From the human T2T-CHM13v2.0 reference genome, Homo sapiens, in NCBI RefSeq assembly GCF_009914755.1, contig NC_060929.1: a stretch of 64,000 nt of DNA; one strand, 5' to 3'. Under the pieces are notes generated by a model. It had not been told where the DNA came from and made no database searches. It saw only the letters and a program-made list of their open reading frames with translations. Below, piece after piece: positions 1 through 13,749 of this stretch (positions are counted from its first letter, which is position 1; each line of letters opens with the position of its first letter). The position numbers and the translations under genes are program-made.

Positions 1-244
1 TGCATCTGTAGCAAGAGCAAGTACTGTGATGTAAAGATTTTGTTTGAGTTTTTGAGTGTACCAGATTATAATAGAAAAAGTGTTGTTTTGCTAGAGGCCA
101 TGGTCAAAGACCACTGCCTATCACGTGCTTTTTCTGAAAGCTAAGCTTTTACTAAGCTGACTGATACACTTTCTTTCTCAGTCTGGTGGGAAAACACCCC
201 ACATTGAGTGGATGGTATGGAGAAAAGCTATGATGGAAGTAATG

Positions 245-975
245 GCACAGCTTAGATGCCCCTCCATGAAAGGACTTGTTGGCCCAGCTGCTGGCAGACA
301 ACTTTCATCTGCTCCTTCAGGGATGGATACAGCTATAGCAACTGATACGGTTTGGCTGTGTCCCCACCCAAATCTCAGCTTGAATGTTATCTCCCAGAAT
401 TCCCACGTGTTGTAGGGACCCAGGTGGAAGTAATTGAATCATGGGGGCCAGTCTTTCCCTTGCTATTCTTGTGATAGTGAATAAGTCTCACGAGATCTGA
501 TGGGCTTATCAGGGCTTTCCACTTTTGCTTCTTCCTCATTTTTCTCTTGCTGCTGCCATGTAAGAAGTGCCTTTCACCTCCCACCATGATTCTGAGGCCA
601 CCCCAGCTACGTAGAACTGTAAGTCCAATTAAACCTCTTTCTCCTCCCAGTTTTGGGTATGTCTTTTTCACCAGTGTGAAAGCAAACTAATACAGGAACA
701 TTCCTCACCCAAGAGCATGCCTTTTCTAGAAGAGGCTCACACCTAGTGCCTGGTCAAGGCAGGGTTATGAACGACTGGCTAAGTCGGGACAACTCTGATG
801 GGCCAGTTAGCTTCAGAGCCTCTTGGAGGTGACCGAGATCACCATCAGGCCTGTGTCAGAGCCCAACTTCTCCTTCTGCCCAGTGTTGCTTCCTTCCCCC
901 TTCCCCAGCTGGTGATCCTGCAGGCCCTTCCTAGCACACACCATGTGCAAACTGTCTTCCTGAGAACCCAACCAG
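245..975 (+). mobile_element. LTR16A-like ERVL solo LTR, split by THE1A
   Basis: Motifs GGGACAACTCTGATGGGCCA, AGCCCAACTTCTCCTTCTGCCCA and a terminal CTTCCTGAGAACCCAACC resemble LTR16A; boundaries approximate. Confidence 0.65.
343..694 (+). mobile_element. THE1A MaLR solo LTR
   Basis: TGATACGGTTTGGCTGTGTCCCCACCCAAATCTC...CTAATACA termini; THE1A-type TTTTGCTTCTTCCTCATTTTCTCTTGC; 5-bp TSD GCAAC/GGAAC. Confidence 0.92.
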
Positions 976-2449
976 CATCTGGAGCAGCAGACATGGGAGT
1001 GCACTGCTCAGACACCAGCCCTAGAGCCCCAGTGGCTGCCTGAAGAAGATCCAGGTGAGTTTCTTGCAGCCCCAACTTATTTAACCCCAGCAGCAATCTC
1101 ACAAATGTGGCCTGATGCAGCACTCCACCTAGTGCAAGCCCAGCAAACAAAGGCACTTGTCTAAGATGAAAATAACTTTGCACCACAGCCCAGTTGCTTC
1201 TAATAATGGTACCAGGTGGGAGAGATTTCTCTCATCACCTGTAGCCCAGAATATGGGTACGTGCCATGGTGGCTGGAAACAGGCGCTCCTCTGCTCCTGA
1301 CACACTCCCCACAGATGTCCCATTGTGACAACGTAGGCAGGGTCCTTGGAAATTTGTTTCATTCTTTATTACACAAATGGAGACGTGTAGAAACAATTTA
1401 AATCTTTAATTCCCATATTAGCCAGCCACATAAGGGAAGAAACACGTGTGAAAGATTACAACATATAGAGGCCCTGGCTCCCAGGCTGTGCTATTCTTCA
1501 AGAATGACATCAGTAAACAGAAGCCAGCAGTTTCTTCCATCTCAATTGCAAAGAGCTGAGGTTAGAGACACGTCCATTTTGGGAATATACCTTGAGTAAA
1601 AGTGATGTATCCTTATGTGACACATAGAGATGTTGTATTTGTATAGACTGTTATAGCTTCAGCCACACTTGGAAAGAAACACGTGATAAACACCATGATA
1701 TTGAATTTTTTGTGCAATTAGTTTTCCATGATGAGAAAAGTCTTGTATGCCAATCAATATTGAGCATGTAGGAAATATAGCACAACAGATACTATTCCTA
1801 CGTATCATTCATATTATACAACTCCCATAGAGTAGCTATAAAGAGCATCAAACAGACAGCATATGCTGAAGTGCCTCAGGAACTGAAAAACAGACAACAA
1901 ACGTGAGTTCTGTCAGAGAGTGCTTAGGAGTGGGGAAAATCCCTATGCCTTGAAAGCGCAGCACAGTCGTGATATGGCAAAGCTAGGGTAGCCCTTCCAT
2001 TTGCATATATTATTCTGTTGATGCCACATATGTCTCACGTCCTATTTTCAAAGTCCCCAGAGAAGGAAATAACCTCCTATATACTTAGCAACACCCAACG
2101 CTATGAGCCTTGTGGCAACCACACGAAAAATCCAATCCTGCAAATGCTGATTGAGAAACTGCGCAGAAAAAGCTAGGCGTGCTGCCTAATGGAAGTAAGT
2201 ACACAGGAAAACCCAAAGTAGGGAAGGGGGCACCTCCCCACCTCAACCGGGGACAAATGACATCTTTTCAGGAAAATGTTTATAGCTTAGTGAATAACAA
2301 AGTCTTTAGTAAGGTGCTTATAGAATGAGTTCCATTTCAATGAGCAGAGACAAGAGGCTACATTTTAAGGAAAACACCCAGATTAAGCACAGCAAAGGAG
2401 AAAGCAAGCCCAGGAAAGCTGGTCTGAATGGCGGGGTGATGGCCGGGCT

Positions 2450-2825
2450 TGGCAACAGGACCGAACAGCTGGTCTGGAATCACATGGGAGAGGCCTGGCT
2501 CTTGCCTGCTAAGGATTTTGAACCAAGGAGGGCACAGGAGAGGTACTGAAGGGTTGTGATCAATAACCTGATGTGATGACTTAAGACTGTCAGAATGGAG
2601 AATTAATTGGAGTGAGCCTAGCCTGGGAGAGAGAAACAAAATGAACCATAAGGACAAGTCATAAGCAGGTGTGATTAGGATGGGGCCTGACAAGCGGTGT
2701 GAGGTCATGAAGGAGCTGTGGGTCAAGTAGGTTGTGAGGCAGCTGTGGAAAGAGGGAGACAGGTTTGAGAGAGGCTGAGAAAGCAGAATCTACAAGGTTC
2801 ATCCATGCACTGGATTTGGGGATCC
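2450..2825 (-). mobile_element. L2 LINE fragment
   Basis: Degenerate L2 3' motifs (GCTAAGGATTTTGAAC, ACTGAAGGGTTGTGATC, AGAATCTACAAGG...CTGGATTTGGGG). Confidence 0.55.
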
Positions 2826-3523
2826 CCCAAAAAATGAGGGAAGCTATTTTGAATGGGGAGGGGCCAGCCTATCCAAGCACCACATCTGCCTTCCAGGACT
2901 CAGCGTTGACAGTGGCGGGTCCAGCTTTCCCCAGCAGCCGTACAAAGACTGTTCTAGCATCATTTTCTCCTTCAGAGCCTGAGCCTCAGCTCTCTGTCAC
3001 CGATGTCACTTAAGGGCTTTTTTTTAAATCAAGGTTCCCGGAACCCACTCATTATCTAAAAATGGACCCATTGTACAAAGACAGACAAAAGTGTTTGCCA
3101 AAAGCATGAGCTGGGGGTATTGTCCTGGAGGCAGCTGGAATGGGATCATAATTCAGTAAGCAAAGCCCTAATTCACCATACAGTGTTCTCTCCTGCAAAA
3201 CCACATAGGCAGAAGAAGTTGTGGTCAGGACTCTCCCTTGCATAGTGGGAGTGGTCTGCACCCCTGGCCCAAGCCACCAAATCCCAGAAGCTGCCTCAGT
3301 AGTGATGAAAACAAAAACCACCTCCTACCTTTCTGGATACCTCCTAGGAGAGCAATACATTTCCAGGGGAATCCTAGACACATACAAAAGCAAGGGCAGT
3401 GACCCAGAAGGCAGCCGGCTTTGTCCATTGCTGTCCAAAAGAAAGGCCCAGAATGTAAAGGACACACATTTTTTTGCCACTGTAGAAGAGAACAATTGAT
3501 GGTCCATCAGGACTCTTTGGAAC

Positions 3524-4154
3524 TGTGTGGGCAGAATTCTAAAATGACCAGCAATGATCCAAATGCCCCCTTGTGGAAACTCCCCACCCCCACAACCTCC
3601 TTAGTGTGGGCAGAACCTGCAAACATGCCGGGACATCACTCAAGTGTTGAGGTCATGTTTTGTGGCACAGTTGGCTTTAAGTGAGGGGGATGGTCCTTGC
3701 AGGTTTTACCTCATTAGGGGAGCCCCTAAAAGGGTGTGGCTCTCCCTGGAGAAAGATGTTCAGAGTTGAAGGGAATTTGATGCAAGGGAAATTCCCCACT
3801 GCTGCCTTTGAAGACAGAGAGGTCATGGAGCAAGAAAAGGGGTGGCTTCTAGCCACTGAGAATGGCCCCCACATGACAGCCTGAGACAGAATGGAGACCT
3901 CCATCCTACACCACAAAGAATTGAATTCTGCCATCAACTTCAATGAGCTCAGAAACAGACTGTTACCCAGAACTTCCAGATAACACAGCAGCCAAGCCAA
4001 CAGCTTGGTTTCACTCTCATGAGATCCCAAGGTGAAAGATCAATTAAGCCATGCTTGGACTTCTGACCTACAGAACTATGTGATAATAGGTGGGTGCTGT
4101 TTCAAACTGCCAAGTCTTTGATGATTTGCTGTGCAGCAATAGAAAACTAAAATA
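3524..4154 (+). mobile_element. MLT1E-type MaLR LTR
   Basis: TGTGGGCAGAATTCTAAAATGACC start; GAATTGAATTCTGCCA, GACTTCTGACCTACAGAACT, GCAGCAATAGAAAACTAA end. Confidence 0.85.
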
Positions 4155-4299
4155 AACGTCTTGATGAATGTTCCTTAAGACAATTGAACTCCTTTTGCTG
4201 GAATTATTTTTATTATAATAACTTCTTATCAATTATTTTTATTATTATTTGGCTTCTCAAATATCTGAATCTGGATCCTCTTTGTTTAAGTATGAGCAA

Positions 4300-4678
4300 C
4301 AAGTCAACTGAGGAAAGGTAGTGCTTACAGAGGTGTGGGCAGAGTTAAGAGAAACTGACAAAGGAGGATGCAGCTCCAGGGAGACCCTGACAACCCTAGA
4401 CCCAAAAGGGAAAGGGGAGATGTGCTTCCCAGGACCCAGAGAGAGCAGCTGCATGGAAAGAAACTGTGGACTTCAGTGCAGAAATTCACCATGGCACTGG
4501 GACCTCATGAGTGGGAACTGACAGACCATCCTTCAGCGCCTCTGGCGAAACCCAATAGGAAGGCAGACGGCCAGAGAACCCAGGAGAACTGGGCCACGTG
4601 AGTCAGTCTTCTCCAGCACACAGCAGGTAGAGGAGGGCGGAGAGAGGAGATGGAAAGGCAAATAAAAATCTTCAGCAC
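4300..4678 (-). mobile_element. LTR33-like ERVL LTR
   Basis: ACAGAGGTGTGGGCAGAGTTAAG, GAAACCCAATAGGAAGGCAGA and GGCAAATAAAAATCTTCAGCAC resemble reverse LTR33. Confidence 0.65.
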
Positions 4679-4929
4679 CAAGGAGATACGGATTCCAAAA
4701 ATTGCCCTAAATTGGAGCAGTCAGAGCTTGTGAGACTTCTGGCCTCTAGAAGGAGAGATCGTCAATAAGGAAATTGACTGAGCCAGTCACAGTTGTAATT
4801 CTTTTTGAGCTTGGACAGCCTTGGGCAAGGGCAGGGTAGAAGCCTGGGCCCCAGCAACATAAATGCCAGGAGAATGCACAGCTGAAAGTCATGCCACTGT
4901 CTCTGTGCAGCTGCTGTCAGTGAGTGAGC

Positions 4930-5165
4930 CACAGGAGAGAAGTGACACTTGAGGTGAGCTTGCAGACACAGGAGGGAGAAAGATATTCAATAGACAGGGG
5001 ACAGTGTGGACAAAGGCATGAAGTAGGCATGTTCACTCAAAGCCAGTGTGACAAGAAAAAAAAAAACTGCACATGTTCATGTGTGGGCCTGTGTGCACGT
5101 GTGTGCCTCAGTGGGAAGTGGACTAAATTTAGATTAGGGTGAGGCCAGATGGTGCTGTAAGCTCA
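4930..5165 (-). mobile_element. L2 fragment
   Basis: GAAGTGACACTTGAGGTGAG, ACAGTGTGGACAAAGGCATGAAG, GAGGCCAGATGGT motifs. Confidence 0.5.
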
Positions 5166-6444
5166 CATTATAAAACAGAAGCAATTTAATAAAATGCCTG
5201 CAATATAAAGATTCCACAGATTTAAATATAAACCCTCTCACTTTACAGGGCTTGGATCAGCAACATGGCTGGTAGCTTTCTGTGGCTTTTTGGATCTTTG
5301 CATAGCTCTTTCATGAAGATCGTCACTCTAATGCCCCCTTTAATGGAATCTCCAGTAACTGCTTGATCAAAATGATCCCTCTCCCATTCTCAGCCCCTTT
5401 TCATCATATGACCCCACGTTAGCCCACTCTTTGGAATCAGATGGATTGCTTATTCACTTGTTTATTTTGTGTGCTAGAATCGTCATCTTCCTGAGAGCAG
5501 TCACCTTTGCTGCGATATTCATCTCCCAGTTCTTATCACAGAGCTGGCAGGGCAAGAAGAAATGTCAGCCTTGCACCACTCAGACAACACAGGGCTGCCT
5601 AGCAAGAGGCCAGGCTGTTCATCTCTGCCCTGATGAGAAAGGAGAGGAGCCAAGAAGCAGAGAGACAATACTGAAAGAAGCCCTGCTTTCTTCCTCAAAA
5701 GAGCAACCCCCGGCCCACCCCAACAGAGAAGAAAGAGAGGAGAGCTGAGAATCTGAAGGGGAGAATGGCTGCTGGAAGCTGAAGCACCAACCCCAGCCCC
5801 ACAGTAATTCCCATCCCGTGATGGCGCGGGATCCATTTGTCCTCAGGATTCCAGCAGACAAAGCACCCTACCCAGCTGTCTCCAGGCGGCAGGGAAATGA
5901 TGGGTGCTCAGCTCTCACCACCTAGCCACACTTGCCTTTTCCTCCACCCTGCCACCCAGCCTTGGCTCCAGCTTGAGCATGGCAACTCTTGCCCCCTCTA
6001 CATTCCCATCCATCCTCCACAAAGTGGTCTTTCTGAGTATGTCTCTTATCACGCCACTCTTTGTTTAAGAAAACAAAATTCTAGCTGGGGCAGGGAAAAA
6101 AATAAGACAAGGCTGCAGTGTTTTGTGGTGCCGTAAAGTAAGGAAGTGCTCAAAAATAAGTAAGTAAATAGATGGATGGATGGACAGATGGACGGATGGG
6201 CGGGGGCATGTCAAAAACACATAGAAGCCAAACAAAAGAGCAGCCAATGTCCAAAGCTGAAACCATTTGAGCTACCAAATCCGTAACAATGAAGATATTG
6301 GATTATCACCCAAAGGCTCAAATAAATATCCACGAGTGAACACTGATATAAATAAATGATTGAATAAGTAAATATTTGGCAAATCTTCCCTACAAAAAAA
6401 TTCCAATTAATAAATGTAGAAGAGATGAATGAACCAGAAAATCA

Positions 6445-7113
<669 letters not shown>

Positions 7114-7114
7114 A

Positions 7115-7270
7115 CCAAGCCTGGGTGACACAGCAAGGCTTCATCTCAAAAAAAAAATACATATATATATATATATATATGTATTTATATACATATAAAT
7201 GTATGTGTATATACATATATATGTATTTATATACATATAAATGTATGTGTATATACATATATATGTATTA
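7115..7270 (+). repeat. Alu 3' terminal fragment followed by (TA)n-rich microsatellite
   Basis: GCCTGGGTGACACAGCAAGGCTTCATCTC-A tail, then a TA/TG/CA tract with a 42-bp duplicated unit. Confidence 0.85.
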
Positions 7271-8129
7271 TTAGTGGCAGGCAAGAGCCACTAATGAATG
7301 CTTAAACCAATGGGCAAAAGTTTCAGGAGGAAAATGACTTTACATTACCTCAAAGTATCTCCTCCAAAATTAAAAAGGGAACTGTAGTAACTTTACAGTC
7401 AAGAAATCCCACACACACACACACAAACACCTTCAACAGTGATCCAGGTTAAAATCTCCAGTGGTGAGTCCTGTGGGCATCCGGACCCACCCCGCACCCC
7501 TGACTGGATGCTGAGGAGGGCACCTCACCTCCATGGAACTCTTCCTGAAAGTGTATAGCCTCTCTCTGATCATGAGAAAACAGCACCCACATGCAGATTG
7601 GAGATGTTTCGCAAAGTGCCCGGCCAATAGTCTTCCAACATGTCAGGGTCATGAGAGATTGAGGAAATACTGAGAAACTGTCACAGGTTGGTGGAGACTA
7701 AGGAGGCGTGAAGACTAAATGCACGTGAGATCCTGGCTGGGTCATGGCAAGGAAAAGGTCCTTAAAGGAAAGGCTGATGAAACCTCAATAAAGTCTATAG
7801 TTTAGTTGATGGTAATGCCAGCGTTAATTTCTTAGCTTTGACAAATATACCAAAGTAATATAAGATTTGGTAGTAGAGGAGTTGGATGAAAGATACATGG
7901 GAATTCTGTGCTACCTTTGAAACTGATGGTCAGTAGGATAAAATCTAAGTATTTGCAGTGGCATGAAAACCCTCACCATCGTAGCCCCTGCTGTTGCTAT
8001 CTGTCTGGTTCTGTCTGTCGTGATCCCAGATGAAAGGTTCTCCCCCTCAACATACACTCCCCACACCCAGACACTCACATGCCATCACTATTCAACCCCA
8101 CCCTATCCACACAGGCCCGTAAAAGCAGG

Positions 8130-8468
8130 ACGCTGCTTCACGCCCAAGGGCCTAGCCTTTCATTGCCCCTTCATCTTGGATTCTGTTCCTCAGCCAATTC
8201 CTCTCTCAAAATTCAAACCTGATAAATTCACCTCTGCATGAGGCTCCTGAGCCCCCACTTCCACCGCAGCAGAGCAAACTCCTCCCTCCTCATGTCCCCC
8301 ACTCCTGTGTGCCCTGTGCTCACATCTACTGTGGTCCCCGTCACATGGTCTTGCTGCTTTGTCTGCAGAAGACACCCCCAACTAGACTCTAGGTGCCTTC
8401 AAGCAGGAACAGTGTCCATTTATCTTCACAGTCCTCAGACAATGCTAACTGTGTGTAGGAGTCATTGG
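8130..8468 (+). mobile_element. L2 3' fragment
   Basis: CCCCAACTAGACTCTAGGTGCCTTCAAGCAGGAACAGTGTCCATTTATCTT resembles the L2 3' end. Confidence 0.6.
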
Positions 8469-11400
8469 GAAGGAGGGGCCTCCTGGAGCCTGACAGCCTG
8501 TCACGTGAATCAACATCCACAGACAGAGCCTGCAGAGGAGGCTGGCTGGGTGCATCCTCAGAAGCGGCCCTCATTCACCACTGTCCTCACAGCCACCCAG
8601 AGCATGGGGCCTGCCAGCAGCCATCCCATAGGGCCCATGCCAAAGTCACTTCCCTAGGTTCTTCGAAACACCCGTGTCTAACCTAAAATGTGTAACGATA
8701 ACAAAGACAAGTTTACTCCTCAAGAAACTGAATTGCTTTTAGATATATCTGAAAAACCATTAATATCAACAGGGTTACCGAACATGAGCTAGAATAATCT
8801 CATGAAATCAAGACCCCTTCATAGGTAGCACTCACCATGGCTAGCTTGAGTCAACTTGTGTATTTAAAAGTAATATACCTGCATTCTTTTGTAAAAGTCT
8901 ACACTCCACATTTTTCGACATTTTGCTAGACCTGTTTTTCATGCTCCCATGAACCCAAATGCCTGCAGATGCTGAGTGCTACTGCCCCTGCCATGCTGCA
9001 CTCCGAGGCTCTGAAAGGAAAATGTTTTTTGTGTGATGTTGGAGAGTTCGTCGCTCCTCTCATTTGATATCGGCAGTTCTCCCAGGCCACAAGCTAACTG
9101 ATGCAAGCACTCTGGGTCTTGCTTCTAGGTCAGTGGACACTTTTCTTTAAGTTGCTCCTGGTATATGCTTCTTCATATTGATTTCTCAAAATTCCAAAAT
9201 AGAGTCCAAATAGCAGCACAGCACTAGGTCCAGGATTTCAAAGCCCGCTCTTGATTTCTGGCGTTTAATGTTTCATTCATGCGGCTCTTACATAACTCTG
9301 CACCTTCACCCTGCCATCGATTTTCCTACATTCACCTTCAATATTTGATCACAGGGAGAGCAGCCAAAATGATAGCTGGAGCTTTTGGAGATAGACTCAA
9401 ATGTAATTCTTTTTCCTGTTCATGCAAAAAAAAAAAAAAAAAAAAAGGCAGAGAAAGGAACAGCATTCATATCTCAGAAGAGAAGCTTTTCGAAAATGGT
9501 GGTTTTATTGAATTCCTTGTCACCACAAAGCAGTGAACAGAGAGCTATGAGCAACCTTTGCAGTGTTTGCTTGCATCTCCTCCTCTGACTCAGGAACAGC
9601 CTGCAGTGTCAACAACACCCAAGCCATCCCTTCAGGTTCTCCATCAAGAAGGTGGGATGAGAAAAGCCTGACATCTACCTGCCCCCAAAATATCTACAGT
9701 GAGCTGCTATGATTGGTCCTTTTCCCACTCTCCTGAGCTCCCCACTGTAAAAGCACAGATGTGATCACAGCAATGCTTCTATTTTAGCTGCAGCTGTCCT
9801 CTCGACCTTCCCATCATCACTGAAGTATCTATCCATTTTTCAGATATGTCCAGAGCACACTCCAATCCACCGAGTCAGGTAAACTAAAATGTGAAATCCT
9901 TTCTCCTCCTTCTATTTAACCCTCCCAACCTCCTCCCACCCCACAGGTCACCAAGTCCTGCGGTTCCCCCTCTGAAAGATCTCTGTAACAGAGCCCCTAT
10001 TTTCATCTCCAATATACTTGTGAAAGATCAGCTCTGATGTTTGCACCATGGAGCTACAGTTCAGAATTGCCCTTAGGTCCTTTTCCAGAAGGCTGTAAGG
10101 GAGAAAGAAGTAGGGAGAGGAAACAGATGGGCTCCAGCCCCAGAAGCAACAGCAAGCAAGTGGGAAACTCTTGAAAAATGGAAGCAGGAAGACACAGGAT
10201 GATTTCATTCCCGTCCCACCGAAGACCCACAGCAAAGAGGACCCGAGTTTAGCTGAAACTGTGCAACGTTTCCATTACTGGCTATGGAATTATTCTTTCT
10301 GTTTCTTTGTACTGAAAAGTAGTTCGCCCTTAGAACATCTCCAAAGATTTTGTGCCGATGTGCTTATGTTGGAACGGGGCCAGAGAGCACGGAGTAAAGG
10401 GAGAAGTGGGGGCGGAGGGGTGGGTGTTCAGAAGGAAACGTTACAACCGGACCTTTCCCCACACTGTACTGGGGAGAAGAAAAACTTACAAATGGGAAGT
10501 GGCTTCGGAAGAAGTGAAGAGGAAGAGAATTAAGGAGCATTTTACAGACTCTGGCCTCTGCCATCAGACTTGCCAAATACTGTCACTACTCTAGCATTCC
10601 ACGTCCCCAAAAACAGGCTCTCTGCCGCTTCCTCTCCAGTCAGGGGCCAAGGTCCCCAACAGGACACGACCAGCTCCAGGGAGTTCTAGGAAGTGATTGA
10701 TAGCCCTCCTCATCCCTGTCCCTCCCAAGTTCTGCCCAAACAGCTTAAATGCATAGTTGTGCTCATTGTCCAACACCATGAATGAGAAACAAGTGCCTGG
10801 GATCTGCAAACACTTAGTGCCCCCATGACAATTGTGACCTGACTTTACTTAGGATTATGACTTAAATTCAACTATCAATTTTAGCTCCTTTGTTTTATTT
10901 GGTAGTTAGCTGAGGTTTTGTTTTTTGGGTTTTTTTTTTTTTTTTAGCGCTATTTAACTCAGGTTGGCACAGAGATATAAAAACACAGCTCACAATTTAA
11001 AACATATGGCAGAAAACATTTTTAATTGTATGTTCCAAGGTTCTTATGGTATAGACAATTTGTGCAAGCCTGTTAATATATATACTACTTTAAATTAAAG
11101 CATTTTTCATGGACTCCTGGTGTTAATATAATTTTTAGTACAATGATACTTGAAAATTTACAAACATATTAATAAATCAAAGTAGGAAATCATTATGCCT
11201 GTAGCTTTTATGCAACTATAAAACTAAAATAAGCTGACAAATCAAATTGTCATTTTAGCCTTAACTTATTAGTTATATTATTTTGTTGAATTTAATACTA
11301 TGAATTGTGTCATTTTACTAAAACTACATTGGTGTTTCCAACAGGAATATAGTAGAGACTACTATGGTGCAGGTTCTACTTGGCTTGGCAAGTCCCATCG

Positions 11401-11569
11401 TACAACCCACCCTGTGCCCTGTGATAACCCCATTCTCCAGCCATTACCCTGGATTCCAATAGTTATGAAGCTTTCATTCCTTTAGCACTTTGTGTCATTT
11501 TTAACTTTCTCAATGAATTCAAACATATCATTTGCTAATCAAATCCTCCAATATGGATGCGGGTGAGCT

Positions 11570-13100
11570 AATTTGGATCCTTCTTCCACTACAAAGACAA
11601 ATGGAAGCTAAATTAGATGCAACAAAATAAATAAATAATAACTAAGGCAGTCAAACTCACAATGAAAGAATGTCTTCAGGTACTAGACACATAAAGAGAA
11701 CTCAAAGTCAGGGCAATCAAATGTGAGAGCTTGCCATGCCCCAGAAAAACACCAGGATGTAGCAAGTAGATATGAGACTAAATGGCTAGAAGCTAGATGA
11801 GAAATAGAAGAGGTAGCCATATCCTCTTAACCATGAAAGCTGGAATCTAGAATCCTGCAAAAATCCAGCACCATGAAGGGGTTCTTCCTCAGTAGCAGAC
11901 CTAAAAGAACAATGTTCATAAGCCTGTGATAGCAATGAGGAAGTTTGTATGTCACTAAGACTATACAATGGAAAAATACATCCAGCATGAGAAATTAAGC
12001 AGCACCAGTACCAGGCACTGGTTAGGAGTTTAAATTTAATTTTTTCATGTGTAAAGGGAATGCTAAGTCAACATGGTGCTTTTAATTTCCAAATTGGCAA
12101 AAGTCCTCGACTTTCAAGCAAAGAAAATGCAAATATGCCATAGTAAATTTTCAGGACCTGGGCAACGTTGACTTCCACAGGGAAAATCAGGAGAAGGGAA
12201 GAAAATGAGTTCATAAGCAAACATTAAAACACACACAGACAAGGAAATATTCTATGAGTCGGCAGCAAACATGCTGAACAGGATCCATAATTTACATAAT
12301 AAAAATATTTATGAAAGACTATAGAAGAAGAATGTTTAAAATTATTAGTGTTAAAAGAAGGACTAAGACTATATTACAAAAGAAAAATTAGGAGATTTCT
12401 GCTTCCAGTAAGAGTGGGCTAGATAATTAAGAATACTCTCTAACTGAAAAGCTGTGCAAAATACAAAAACAGAAGAAAGTCAACAAAATAGTAAAGAATT
12501 ACCAGGCTCAGATGTGGGTAATATGCCAAATGAACCAGACATTCTCAGCTACTTCTTTTCTTTAGGGGCATATGCCAAATTCAGAAGGGAAGTTGAGAGG
12601 CCAAGGGGCGTGTTGTCACATTTAAAACGTTCTTAAAGCTAAAGAGATGGAGATCAGCATCAGGGCCTGCCAGGGTCTGTGCAGGAAGATCCTGGTGAAG
12701 TCTTTCTCTTGGATTTGAATCCCAAAAGCTGCACCCTAAAAATAAGAGTCAATATAACGTAGAATCTCACAGTATTTCAGTTCAATTTAAAATGATCTGA
12801 AGCCTTGAAATTAGACAGAAGTAATCTCACATTGTTTGTGTAGCCAGGCATCTTGCAAAATAGGTGTAAATCTACACTGGAGAAAAGCAATAATATTCTT
12901 CCATACAAATTGGCAATACCATATCCGGATACAATTTAAAACAGAAAAACACTTAAATAAAAGCTCACAAAAGAAGACCAACAGAAACATACATAGAAAG
13001 AAACTCAAGGAGGCACAGATGTTTGACACAGATTTTAAATAACTATAACTTAATATTAAAACAGAAGACAAGGTTGAAATTATGTATTCAAACGTTTTTA
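11570..13100 (+). mobile_element. Old L1M 5'UTR/ORF1 remnants
   Basis: A-rich sense strand; GATTTCTGCTTCCAG 5'-end-like motif at ~12394; ORF1-like ACAGATTTTAAATAACTATAACTTAATAT; boundaries uncertain. Confidence 0.5.
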
Positions 13101-13117
13101 AGGAAACAAACAGAAAA

Positions 13118-13240
13118 CCACTTAACCTTTCTGAAGTTTGGTTGCTAAATTTCTTAAATGGGACTAAGAATAACTGACTAGCTCACATAATAAGGTTGTG
13201 AGGATCAAATAAACTTACATGAATGAAAGGTATTAAAGTG
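13118..13240 (+). mobile_element. MIR fragment
   Basis: CACTTAACCTTTCTGAAG...TAAATGGGACTAAGAATA...GGTTGTGAGGATCAAATAA core. Confidence 0.75.
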
Positions 13241-13254
13241 TTATATAAGAATTT

Positions 13255-13518
13255 TTCAACCCCCACTTATGAGTGAGAACATGCAGTGTTTGGTTTTCTG
13301 TTCTTGTGATAGTTTGCTGAGAATGGTGGTTTCCAGCTTCATCCATGTCCCTGCAAAGGACATGAACTCATCCTTTTTTATGGCTGCATAGTACTCCATG
13401 GTGTATATGTGCCACATTTTCTTTATCCACTCTATTATTGATAGACATTTGGGTTGGTTCCAAGTCTTTGCTCATTCTGCATATGTACCCCTGAACTTAA
13501 AGTATAATTTAGAAAAAA
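13255..13518 (+). mobile_element. L1PA 3' end with 5' inversion (twin priming)
   Basis: Antisense L1PA 13255-13473, then the sense terminus CATTCTGCATATGTACCCCTGAACTTAAAGTATAAT; TSD AAAGTGTTATATAAGAATTTTT(T)CA at 13235 and 13516. Confidence 0.92.
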
Positions 13519-13749
13519 GTGTTATATAAGAATTTTTTCATTACCATTATAACCTTTTTCTAAACTTGGAAACATTTTATAGCAAAGATGCTGAATTTGA
13601 ATTTTGCAAATATTGGGCCAAATATGTATGCTTTGCCCATGAAAAGACAGTAAATCTACCTGTTTGAATAGGTTGATACCTACACACACACAGACATACA
13701 CACACACATGCACATACACAACAGACACTTGTGTGTTTGTGTGCATATA

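Noticed and set aside
3180-3360. Possible reverse MER20-like fragment
   Set aside because: Only scattered motifs match; too degenerate to call by eye.
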